DNA of 64,000 nt, filler included, from Stramenopiles sp. TOSAG23-2 (Eukaryota): the NCBI GenBank assembly GCA_900128395.1. It is 5 parts of 5 records of this genome, joined end to end, with 100 filler letters (N's around TTAATTAATTAA, not from the genome) between each part and the next. Parts side by side here need not be neighbours in the genome. Positions count along the whole stretch, not along the records: positions 13,332 to 26,542 come from LT649815.1; positions 26,643 to 39,848 come from LT649816.1; 3 more parts are not named here. One strand, 5' to 3'. The notes under the pieces were generated by a model, which was not told where the DNA came from, did not search any database, and worked only from the letters and a program-made list of their open reading frames with translations. Below are positions 21,193 through 34,200 of this stretch, one piece after another. A program made the position numbers and the translations under genes. Every line of letters starts with the position of its first letter. The stretch's first letter is position 1.

Positions 21193-24100
21193 TTATTTCT
21201 TGCGATGTAATGGATTACTACTAAATGAGACTTGATCTGAATCATCACTTGCATTATTTGATCCAGATCTCATAACTTTTTGATCAAATGCTTTTTTCTT
21301 TTTCTTCCTACCAAGTCCGCCGTTTTTTCGGCGCAAAGTTTCGCCAAATCCGATGCCTTTGTTCAGTTGGCTACCTTGATTCTGTTTTTTTGCAGTTTTT
21401 AAACGATCCATCAAAACCCTCTGTGCTTCATCTTGCTTCTTCGCTTGCAATTTTAATTTACTTAACTCGTCTTGACTTTTTTTATTTGAATGAAGCGGAT
21501 TGACTGCAAGCTCAATGCCACCAAAATTGTCATCCACTGCTGAATCAGACAGAGTCATGCCAGCAGCCAAACGATCTGTCGCCTTTTTCTTATTTGCAAA
21601 AAGTTTTATAACCCAATTTGGAACTGCAATACCCAACTCATTTGCAAAGACAGTTGTATAGTAAAATACAGAGGTGATTACCACAAACGTAATTAGAAAT
21701 CCAATTATGTCACGTTGCCATGCTGCAGGTTTATCAGTACCATCTTCATATGTAAATTTAGTTTTGCCTGCTTCAAGCATAGTACCAGCGAGACAAACGA
21801 GTATAGCGCAACTTAATAAGACACTTTCAACGGTATTGTAATCAAAGAAATAATTATCTGCCTTGGTGAACGTTTTCTTCTTTGAAATTTTCAATAGTGT
21901 ATTGTCCAACGATACTCCTCCTTTCCCACTGTTTTGTTTATCTTCTTTTCTCAAATTCTTCTTCGATTGTCCATGCGGGTTTTGATTCAATCGATGCTTT
22001 TCTCGCCTTTCGCGTTTACGTAGATTATCCTTCGCAGATTTGATATGACTTGCAATTTGAACATGTATAGAATTTCCTTCTTTCACTTTGGCCATGTGAT
22101 CAGCTACAACTTTTTTCCGTTCCACCGTGCTCATGTATGGGCGATGTTTTTGTTGCATCACATAGCAAAAGAAAAGCAGAAGCATTGTTATGGACAATTG
22201 ATAACCTGGATTAGATCTGAATAATACGCCAACCAATGCTATCCAAAATTTACGTAATATGATGTAAATCATCCAATACGTCTTTCCAGGTTTAAAATGA
22301 TAATAAATCCGATGGTACTTTAACCTAGTCTGGTATGTAAATGGATTCTCACTTTCAGTATTACCTAAATTGTGGGCCCGTAAAATTTGATCTTCCTTAA
22401 TAGATAGCTTGTTGCCCCGCAGCACTAAGAATATAAACAATGGGTAACCAACCATGTACACTAACATTGCTGGAAGCGAGAGATAAAATAGACGTATTTG
22501 AATAGAGTCCATACCTCTATCCCATTCCCAACATGCGCATGTACCCCCATCACAATGTATGCTTCTAAATGTTGCATATTGCCTTCCATCTGGGGAAATT
22601 TCAGATTCACGGCAGTCATAGACTTCAAAAATTCTACGTATAATCATAAGATAAAAATAATATAGCATCGTTATCATGGTTGCGATTAACATTGGGCTAT
22701 GGGAGCATATTTCTTTAGCCTTCGTACGAAATTTTACACATAATTTATGGAATATTAAACCTAGCCAAGCAAATAATACTAAAATCATGCATCCAATTGG
22801 CAAAAGCATAATGCCATACCATTTATATTCGTATTCAAATTCTGGAATCAGACATTCAGGTGCAGTCACATCAATATTAAAATTGAAAATGGTAAACATC
22901 TTCAACAATGCACCTAAAACAGGTGGCCATTTAATTGTTGCACGGGAAAATAAAGCAAGTACTTGAAAATAATCAAAGCCAATGCTTATAAATGCCATGT
23001 TAAAATTGTATGAGTTCAAGACGTAGGAACCAGCTACGGCCATAATAATTGCTAGTACAAAGGCAATTAGGATCAATGCTGGATTATCTGGACATGGTTC
23101 ACATTTACCATCCATGAAAAAATATTCTTGAAACGTGCATAAACTGCATTTTATTGGTTCTGTACATTCGCAATGACCGATTAACGTTCCATTTTCATTT
23201 GGTACTTTGACGCACCGAGAGCAATCTTCGGGACTTCTCAAATCGCATGGCATACCTCTTGGTCTGTTTTTTTTGCCAGACCTAGTACGGCAATCTACAT
23301 CAGATTCGCAAACGTATTTACCAAGTCCTTTTCCAGAGTTCGGATTGTTTCTTACACCAGCTGTCTCCCAGAGCATGCATTTGTTCATTTGATATTGATA
23401 TCCTGTTTCACATGTGTTGTTGCCAAGACAAGATTCTGGTGGCAAGCAACCCACGAAATTGAAACAATCATCGCGATATTCGATACTCTTATACGTTTTT
23501 TTTAAACTGAAATCATAGCGCTCTGCTTGGCAGCGCCCTGCCGTTTCTTTTCCATTAATCAATCCACCTTTCGCTCTTTGGATATGTTGCGGGTTACGAA
23601 ATTTTTTACAATCATACCCGTCGTTAGAAAATTCATCGCATGCAATATCAAGGCTTTCCCTCCAAAACCCAAATTGAGATATAGGATCATTAAACGTAGT
23701 GCCATTACAAATAGCTCCAGGATTAGGGCAAGGTATGCAAAGCTCGTTTTCACTCCCATAATACATCGCAGTCTTCCCCGTTCTGATATCTGTTGCCCCT
23801 GGTTTGCACATTGAAACAAATTTAGCTTTGTAATCAATCTGTTCGGTAGTTGTTTGTCCAGCGACGGAGAGTATAGTGACTTTTCTCCCAGCAACGTCAT
23901 ATTTTGGTTTACATTCTAAATATGGAAAGCCATCTTCGGGATGTTCAGCTTTCCATTCTGGTTTACTGCAAAATCTATCGCCTAGAGTAATGGTTAAGGG
24001 GGATGGTAAACCACCAAAATCAAAACCACGAATGGTTAGCACATTTTCAAATGCAGATTGTGCGCCTCTTGCATCATATGGTTTTGGTGAAACAATATCG

Positions 24101-26542
24101 ATAACAGGCTTCCTAAAATGGAACGTCGCATTGTTAGATCGTTGGTTTCCAACTTGCAGTTGAACAGAAAGATTTCCACCAAAACCAACAGGTGAATAGA
24201 ATTTCGCAAAATTATGAGAGAAAAATGGAAGCCCGTGCTCCATTGCGACGCTATCAGCGCCTAGATATGGAGTCAAACCATCGACGTAACATCCAACATT
24301 TGAGGTACATAATGAGAATTTTCCAATCCACCCAATTATGTTTTTCTTTCCAAGACTGAATCCAAAAAAGTGAATTTCAGCCGGTTTCATACAAAGTCTT
24401 GCTGTTCCTGCAACTTTTTTTTGCCTCTGTAATGGTGTAAATTGTGCATTGACTCTTATATCCCAATCTCGTTTTGATTCCCAGTCTTTAAGTTCACAAC
24501 CATCCGTTGGCCCTTTTGTTGGTGCCATACTAATTATATGCGGTGGATCATAAGACATGCCATTGCTTAATGTGTATTTTTGACCACCGACTGTAACAGA
24601 TAACGGAAGAGATTTGCCCTCGGATTCGACTGCATCAAAAATTAACATGGTGTGGTTTCTGAAATGAAAGTTACTGGTACTTCCATCTAGGTTAGCATTT
24701 ATATTATCATAGTTTGATGCGTTCTGGCAGCTTTTTGCTATGTGGAAGTTTCTACCAAAATGTGTTACACTTTCGTCACCAATTGAAACGTTCAAGTTAC
24801 TAAAACCAAAGTTGGATCCAAAGACGGTAATTTTTACCTTCGTGCTTTCAATAAAACCTGCCGTGTAAATGCCTGGCAATATATTTTGACAGCTGAAAGC
24901 AAAAGCGGTGGAATTCAATACTGAAGTAACCTCGACTTCTGAGACTGGTGGCACTAACCCAAACGCATCAGATTGTAACATTAACAAGCGATCGCCTACA
25001 TTCAAATTGTACGAATTAAACGTTTTGTGTATCACGAATCCAGTTTTACCATTTTTATGTCCCCGCAAGTATTCAATTTCCTTTACCTCTCGACCACTTG
25101 TTGTTATACCACTCTGTGGATGTGTATATGTCACGATAGGAGATGCATATGAAGCAATGTTTGTAGAGCCTGTTTGATCTCCAGCAATCACATCGATGAC
25201 AAGCTTAGCACCATCTCCCTCCGGTGTTTTAAATCGAATGCGATTACCACTTGCACTCCAATCAACAATACAAAATCCAGCATTGCATCCATTGTTTATT
25301 AGTGGTGAAGAACATAATCTCATCCCGTGCAGTGGTGGCAAAGCATTGCCAAAATTAATGCGTAGTGTACTTTTTGTTTTCTTATTGCCTGATTGTAAAA
25401 TATTTGCATCTAAACCATGAGCTGGTCCAAAGTTTGACCCTTCGATTGTCACTGTTTCGCCGCCAACTGTCAAAAATGTTGGGGGTGTAACAGTTGACAC
25501 TGTAGGTGCTTTAAATGAAAAGATTGTAGCACTAGTTTGTTTTTGATTGTATGCAATAACTTGCAAAACTAAATTTTTCCCTACCGCTGGTGGTATAAAT
25601 ACTTTTATTTTTTCATGTGGTTCTAAAATAACGGTGTTATTCAAAAAACAACTTAGCGTTGATGGACTGTCATGCAAATTCTTCAGACACACAAGGCCTT
25701 GCGGGCACGTGCAACCATCTGGGCCATTGCTCACTTTTGGATTTCCTAGCAATACTTGCGGATTTACACCAAAATTTTTTCCTGTTATGACAAGTGTTCC
25801 GCCGGAAGTTGTAGCATCTTGATAATGTGACTGTGATGCTTTGTATTCTCCTTCAAGATCTCCATTTCCAGCCATCATTGTAGTCAGTGATGGACGCTTA
25901 AAAGATACCACGTAATTTGATTCTGCACTTTGTAATGCACCTCGTCTTACCCGTAATTTCCAATTTTCTCCATGACCTACATTAGGGTGACACAATACTG
26001 TGCAGCCTTGGTTACAATTTCCTTCTTGATCAAGTCCATACACAGCGGTATTGACGTTGTTGACATCTACATCGCATGTAATAGTTGAACGAGTTTCATC
26101 GTCTTGATATAGAACTATTTGCACTTTTTCCAAATTGCCGGAGGTGACAAAATGTTTTCCATAAATTAGTACGACTTCATCGTCAACAACGCTAAAGCCA
26201 TTTTTTTGGTATGTAATCAATCGATTATCAGGTGTGTAAACGGTGGATGGCACGCTCTCGCTAGAATCACCCAGCACATTATTATTAATATTGCAAGTCG
26301 AACCTTTCCTAGCCCATTTCCCTCCAAGTACACATACATCGTAAATTTTAGGTTGTACATCTGAAAAAATTTGTGGATTGCTAGGTTGGCCACAAAGACG
26401 TTTCAAATCTGCATGGACTTGACCTGATTTTAAAGTTGCCACAAATGTGTTCTGTGAAGTCGATGTAAATGTAACAGATGAAATGGTTTTTGAAATATTT
26501 GATGGCAGAATATAGATTACTGGATTTTGAGTGGAATACGTA
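21193..26542 (-). CDS. Large receptor-like membrane protein: multiple IPT/TIG domains, Cys-rich region, C-terminal multi-TM domain; 5'-truncated at the linker
   Basis: Repeated (V/L)TIxGxNFG IPT motifs, CxPCP stretches, then YFQVL..WP..FNFNID..PEC and about 7-9 hydrophobic segments. The frame is open up to the gap. Confidence 0.85.
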
Positions 26543-26642
26543 NNNNNNNNNNNNNNNNNNNNNNNNNNNNNNNNNNNNNNNNNNNNTTAATTAATTAANN
26601 NNNNNNNNNNNNNNNNNNNNNNNNNNNNNNNNNNNNNNNNNN
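26543..26642. other. Artificial contig linker
   Basis: N44-TTAATTAATTAA-N44. Confidence 0.97.
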
Positions 26643-26964
26643 AATAGCACTATACTAGATAAATCTGCCTCTCTCTGCTTGGAATAAGATTACTAATGGT
26701 GTGTATATGCTAGCAAATTGTAGTGCGTGCTGTGTGATGGTATTTAGTGGCCATTATTTGGCCATTTTTTTCTGCCCCCTATAGGAATCAGAGAGAAGAT
26801 ATTAATATATATACATACAATACACAAAAAATCAATAACCATATCAAAACAGAAAGAAAGCATATTCAACAAAACAATTGATACACACTACTACCACCAA
26901 CAGCAAATCACCAAAAGTCACTACTCTCTAACAACAACAACAACAAGAACGAATACCAACAACA

Positions 26965-27282
26965 ATGTCCTATTCCGACGTGGCATGGTGTCCACATACA
27001 GGATTAAAAAGATATTTTGCAATTGCATCACGTGGTGAAATTAAATTAAATAAAATACACCAAAAATCCAATACCCCAACAAAAACAACAAATACACCAC
27101 GTTCATATCGGAATGTTGCAATATGTACCAAAGTTGAAAATATAAAAAAAATAGAATGGTGTCGTGATCGTAGACAAGGAGATGGTTTAGTCATTGCTGC
27201 AGGTACACGTACTGGTAAAGTTACTTTAGTCAGTTTTCCAAATGTTAGTGAAAATAATAATGATAATAATGTTGTAGATAAC

Positions 27283-27313
<31 letters not shown>

Positions 27314-30300
27314 GCAACAACAATAATTTCATACCATCAATGGCTAATATTAATCCAAGAAATAAAACAACTACATTACAATCATCACCAACACCATATC
27401 TTGGAAAAGTTACGAAAATATTTGTATCCAAATATCGTCGTTCATGTGTTTCCCTACGTTGGAATCCAATAAAAGTGTTTCAAGTTGCTGCTGGATATGA
27501 AAAAGGCCGTACAGATGATGGATGTTTAATATGGGATATACGGCAAAAAAAATCACAATCCTCCTCCACCTCCTCCTCATCATCATCGTCAAGGCGTTCG
27601 CGATCGTCATATTATTCATCATCTCAACAGGAAATGATCACACAGCCAGTAACATCCGTTGGAAATGGTGACATGGCTATGTCATTGGCATGGCAACCAC
27701 GTAAATCATCTATACTAGCAATGGGGACAGGATCAAAATTATTAAAAATATTTGATCTACGTGAAAACAATTCAAAACGTTCAGCTGCACCTGGATTATC
27801 CGTAGAAGCACATCGTCTTGGGATCATAAGTGTTGATTTTGATCATGAACGTGTTCATTGCATCTGTACCGTCGGTGAGCGTGATACCCATGTAAAATTA
27901 TGGGATATGCGACGTTTAACGATGCCTATTGTGCAATTATATACACATAGCCCCTCCGTCGTTAAAGCTAGATTTCATCCAACTGAACAAGGTGTAGTTG
28001 CATTAGCATCTAGAGATGATTCAATCATATCATTATGGAATTTAAAAACACATACAGCATCAAATATTGCATTTGATAAAGATGATAATAGTAAATTAGA
28101 TAGTACTAATAGTAATAATACTCTAAATATAACTAACAATACAAAAAAAGGAACAATTACATTTAGAAAAATCAACAACAATTTAAATAATGAAGATAAT
28201 ATTAATGATGACAATATTAAAAAAAGTAAAAATAGGAAAAACGATGACAATAAAAATAATGATAATGATGATTTCACTGATTCATCCAATGATAGTAATG
28301 ATTCCGATACAGATGATTCATCATCTAATCATGACACTATATTATCCCCATCTTCCATGCTGTTAAACAAAAAACGAAAAGGCAATAGTAGTGTCGATGA
28401 ACCTGATGGTATGAAAAATAAAAATGCTTCTAATAGCAATCTTCATGATCAAGATAATTCACCAATTGAAACAGGAAAAATTCTATTTCCATATCGATCT
28501 CGTAAAGCATCATTGCCAGGTATCACATCCTTTTGTTGGTTAGAAGAAGATGGTAGTACATCCTATGATAATTTTAATCGCATATTAACATGTGGTTATG
28601 ATGGAAGATTAGAAAGCATGGCGATGTATAATACATCATGTACTGCAATTTCTGCTATTGATAATGAAATTGTATTTGCATCAAATAAAAATATATATAT
28701 CACTGCAACAACACCAAGCAACATAGCAATGGAAAGAAAATTATCTGGATATAACAAGAAGAAGAACAACATAAAAACGACTGTTGCTACTACAAGCAGA
28801 GGAAATAATATAAATGACATATCTATGGAAATGAAAGTACTTGCTCAATCTGGATATAGTTTAGACGGTTTGAATAATATTAAGATATTAAAAAAAGTAT
28901 CATCATCATCATCCTCATCACCCTCATCGTTGTTGCCATTACAAAATATATGGACATGGTTACAAAAATGCAAGGAATTGCATCGTGTACCAGGAAAAGG
29001 TGTATTTAGCGTATTGCATGGTAGTGGTAATATTGCTGGTTTCAATGATGGACAACGCGAGATGGCTATGAAAATGTGTGGATGGGTAGGTATGAAACAA
29101 ATGAATTTAGAGTTTTTAAAAAACATTGCGTTGGAAAATTTTGATCGTGCAATCGCATTAGCAATATTATATGGTGATATTACCAATGCAATTTTTTTAT
29201 TACAACAACAACTTATCCCAATTTCTGTGCGTATTGCCTTGGCAGGATATCCATCCATTCAAACAAATGGTGCTGGGTTATGGTATGAAATGGCAAACGA
29301 TATTGTAAATGATTTAAATGATTTTCCATATGTTCAATGGGCATTTCGCGTTTTATTAGACAGTACATTTAATGAATTGCTTTCCTCTGGTATGGGTACT
29401 ACGGGTGGGAATGATAGTAGCAATAATCCTACTAATAACAAAGGAGGGCCATCGAATAATACAAACAATCGTCGTTCTATCAATAGTAGTAATTTTAATC
29501 CATCTCCATTAAATGAATTAGGTGATGGTGAAGAAGAAAGTTCAAAATTTAGTAGTAGCCTTGGTACGACAATTTCCATGACTGATCGCATTGCATTAGC
29601 ATGTCGCTTTTTACCAAAAGGTAAATTGATTAATTATTTAAAACGTTTATATCGATTTGCAGAGACAAATAGTAAAATTGAAGGATTGATTTTAATCGGT
29701 TTAATGCATAAAAATCCTTATTCTTCACAATTGATGATGAAATTAATTATTGGTGGAAAACAAAACGATGGTATGGATTTAAATACAAATGCTATTGGTA
29801 TGAATAGCAACAGTACAACTATCGATTTAAACAAGAAGAAAAGAAATATATTTATACCAGATGGTGGTGTACAATTATTGCAAAAATACGTTGATAAAAC
29901 AGGTGATGTACAAACTGCTGCATTAATATTGTCATATACTGGTAATTTACAATTGTTATATGGTAATCCTGGAAAGCAATTTATTTTTGGTTATCGTAAT
30001 TTATTAAATCGATGGGAAATGTATCGTGAAAGAGCACGTTTTGATTGCGATCGTGCTGATATTGAACGATATGTTGGTAATAAAAACAATAACAACAGCA
30101 ACAACAACAATGCTAGTAATAAATATGTACCAAAATGGATTGCAAAGACACAATTATCAGCACGTTGTGGATCATGTAATGAATCATTTTTAATTCCAAC
30201 TATTATACAAAATGGAAAAGGCTCGCAGCCATGGTTAGCACGTGAGAAAAATGTCATACCAGCATGTCCAAGTTGCAAACGTGGTTTGCCAAAATGTTGT

Positions 30301-30573
30301 ATTTGTTTATTAACATTAGGTAGTAATAATCCATATGCAATATTAGAAAGTAAACAACAAAAACGACATAATAATCTGAATAGTACAAGTAGTGGTGGTG
30401 GTGGTGGTAGTAGTACATCACCAAAAGGACGTTTTGCTTCTGGGTTATCACCAGATGAATGGATGACATGGTGTGTACATTGTGGTCATGGTGGACATGC
30501 ATTATGCATGGCAAGTTGGGAACATGATGTATGTCCAGTCAATGGATGCGAATGTACATTTTGCAGGAGTTAA
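26965..30573 (+). CDS. MIOS: GATOR2 complex subunit MIOS-like (WD40 + alpha-solenoid + C-terminal zinc ribbon/RING)
   Basis: WD40 repeats (LIWDI, KIFDLR, KLWDMR); DRIALACRFL..L..YL; LLQKYVDKTGDVQTAA; YRNLLNRW...ERARFD; CPSCKRGLPKCCIC; TWCVHCGHGGH..W..DVCPV.GCECTFC. Confidence 0.9.
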
Positions 30574-30654
30574 GAACTGAAGAAGAGGAGGGAGTATAGA
30601 TTCAATACACACACACGGAGATTTTAAAATATTTATTTATTACGACACTCGCAT

Positions 30655-30731
30655 TTAATAAAAGCATATCTCGGTTATTATAGGCGCACGTCTTAATAAA
30701 GCATATCGGTTATTATAGGCGCACGTCTTAA
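30655..30731. repeat. Tandem duplication of ~36-38 bp
   Basis: ttaataaa(a)gcatat(ct)cggttattataggcgcacgtc occurs twice. Confidence 0.85.
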
Positions 30732-31219
30732 TTCTTAATATCATAACTTTGCCTTTAAAATAAAATTTTTAATTTTTTTTTATTATATACTACTCCGTAT
30801 TTTTTATATTTTCCTACAAACCCGGTTTTAACAAAAATATTAACAAGATGTCCTACCCTCTCCTTGGGAATACCAGTGCTTGAGCCCAATATTAATATCT
30901 ATCTCACTAGACTCTTTTGGAAGTCAATTTTAAAAATTATTTCGCTGTGCCAGTATTTTTTTAATTATCCATCTCATTGAGTATTTGAGCATATTATTTA
31001 ACCACGGGAAGTAAAATTATTATAACTTAGATATTTTAACAACCATGCAAATAAAGTTAAAAACGTAATAATAAATAATGTGGTTTTTCTCATGATTAAA
31101 TACCGCAAAATTAATAGAATATTGCGGTGCCAATCTTATACAATTTATACCATTACCTTTCCATAAATAACGTGCTATATGATATGATATGATATCCATC
31201 TCCCATATTAAAATAAATT

Positions 31220-34200
31220 TTAGATTTTTGTGACCACTTTGACTTCAAATGTAATCGATCCTTCATCCTTTTCATCAACCTGATCTGATATACAATTTAA
31301 ATCAGTCAGGTGCTTTGTACCCCAATCTGTACCTGTTTTTGAAAAATCATGTTTGCCTTTCCATGTAGCAAAGTATTTATCTCTCTATGCATCATGTTTG
31401 TATTTTTCAAGCGAGCAACTTCTTTTGTAAAAATATTTATTTCAACTTTTGCGTGCCGAACTTCATTTTCTTTTAAAACCGTATCATGACGATTGGATTC
31501 GTCCATATCTACAAATGCTGCAATTTTCAATTTGTTTTTCAATTTTGCATTTGGTTTTATCTTATGAAAGTTATGAAAAACAAGTAACCGCCAACGCACC
31601 CCAAAGACATCTGTAAATGATGGAGAATATACACGACCTTGGCCATTTATCGTTTTCAAGCATGTTTCAACAAAGTTTGGGACTCGAAAAGTGAAAGTTA
31701 ACTGTAGGTGCTCTTTTACACCACCTGTCTTCTTCAACTTGCTTTTTTTCGTTTCAAACATTGCCCCATCCCATTTTTTCCATTCACTAATGTTTTTTCC
31801 AAAAAATTTGCAATTTGGGCAAGCATTGCTAATTGTGGATTTATTATCTGATTGTCCATGGTGAGTGTGTAAATTTTCACAATTTCTATGTAATATTGGA
31901 CCAAATGAACATTTCGGACATTGGTATTTTATACCTGTGGGCAAAGCTTTTGCCAAATTTTCTGCTGTCATACCGTGGCACTTATATTTACCCGCATGCG
32001 CTTCAGCACCACATTGGGTGCATACTGTCCAATTACAAATAGAACATTTATTTTTATGTTTTGATTTTAAATTTATTGTTGGGTTTCCATCGTTTTTGTT
32101 CCTACATGACTCATTTTGACACCACCATAAGTATGGATTTGCCGTTATTCGCTCACTATCCAATTTCTTTAATAGTGTTTCAAAGAGTTTCATGTCATCG
32201 GAATATAAAGATTTGATGGAATTTCTGTTGAGAATTTCATGCTCCTTGTATTTGCAATGACATAACAAAGAGCATACTCCATCGGCGTTTGGACATTTTT
32301 TTGCAAATACGCAACGAAAACCTTTGACTAAAGGTTTGCCTTGAATGCCTTCCATTTTAAGTTCAGCTGTAAAATGAGTTCTCAAGCATCTTTTGCAACA
32401 CTTGTCTTTATACGCGTCAAACTCTGTTAATGTAAATGTTTTAGGAACATTTACACAGCAGAAAATACATTCAAATGTTGTCTTTAAGACGGATTTCCAA
32501 TTCGATATACTTTCAATGCAACGCCTTTGGATTTTTATAGCATCATAGCACCCAACTGTTGTTTCTTTTAAGATCGCAGTAACCTCATCGTCGGACTGTT
32601 CCTTAAATTGCAATATGTTACTAATGGAGTTTCCCACACTGATCCACGCGTCTTTATTTTCTATGATATCATCGTACGAAAAAGCATCTAGTTTTCGAAT
32701 AATTTTGACAGTGTTGTTTACATAACACACATTCCTCCATCTTTCAATTACCTGAAGATGAATGGAATCCTTTACAAGATGTAATTCATCCAGGTTAGTA
32801 GCCGTATTCTCTTCTTCTAACAGCCCCAAATGAATTGCAGCGAAACGTGCAATATCTATTGCCTCAAACCACTTCTTATTTACTTTTTTTACAACAAATG
32901 ATTTTTTGCTTTTTAGCCATCCCATGTCACTCCATATACTTCGAAATATTTCCACGCTTTGCTTCAAATCCTCAATGCGATGTTCAATTGCTCGTTCAAT
33001 ATTACGAATTTTCATTTCAATAGCCTGAAAACTGAAAAAAGAATAATCATTAATGTCTTTTATATTAATCTTTGGCTTTTCACCTAATGTCATGGCTTTA
33101 TCATTATAGCTCTTATATAATGACTGAAATTTTTCTCGCCTTTTAATATATTTACTTCTCCATAGTTTTTCTTGATCTCGCAATAATAATATATTTGTTC
33201 CCGAGGTGTACATCGTATATGGGTTCATGTTATGTGTTATGGCTTCACCTAACATACTCTGATATTTGATCATTCTGTGTAGTAAAGTATTGTGTTCGTT
33301 TTCTTTTCCTTCAGCCATCAATTTTTTTACATACTTTAGAAATGTAGAACAGGTACAATTAATAGTTGGTTTATTCGAATCTTGAGTCAATTCACTTTGC
33401 GGTGGCATTAAAACTAAATTATTAATGTTTTCCTCAAAGTCTGCATTTTCATTATCACCAATAATCTTAACAGTGTCATCTAATATCGTAGTTATACTCA
33501 TTACAATGTATATCTTATTCTTATTTATGTGATATACTCGATCACCAACTATCAAACCTCGAATATCCATTAGATATTTGAATTGTTTATGGCATAAAAC
33601 GTTGCGTATATCAGATATTTCCCCTAGTTTTTGGTCTGAAAGATCAAACCCATGATCGTCAATAAGTTTAAATATATCCGACGCAAAGGAAGATTTTATC
33701 ATTGCTTGGGTATGGATCATACCGGTTTGAATGATTGGAATACGAGACTTCACACGAGATTTTAACACCTCGTGCTCCTCTATCAACATATCAACCACGT
33801 TATAATCAACCCTTTGTATTAAATCCTCATTATAACCATGGAGCTTTAAATCTCTCCATGCCATTTCCGATCGGCTTTTTGCAGCTTCTATGTAAAATTG
33901 TAAAAAACCTTTCTGAGTCATAACAAGATTTTCTTTTTTATTTGTTTTAGAACCATGTTTTGAAAGTATATAATTAAAACGCGAACCTTCTACACTTTTC
34001 CCAGATGCTCCACAATATTTAAAATAATCTAGGATTTCATCCTTAGTCATCATCTTTCCATCAATCGAATGTTGAGCAAATATTTCATAAATAGCTTTTT
34101 TATAACGGAGTGTTGGGGTGTGATCAGATAAAAGTAACGATGACTCTTTTTTTACCTTTTTTATTTGCCCCAATCGCTTGAGCATATCATTATTTAACGT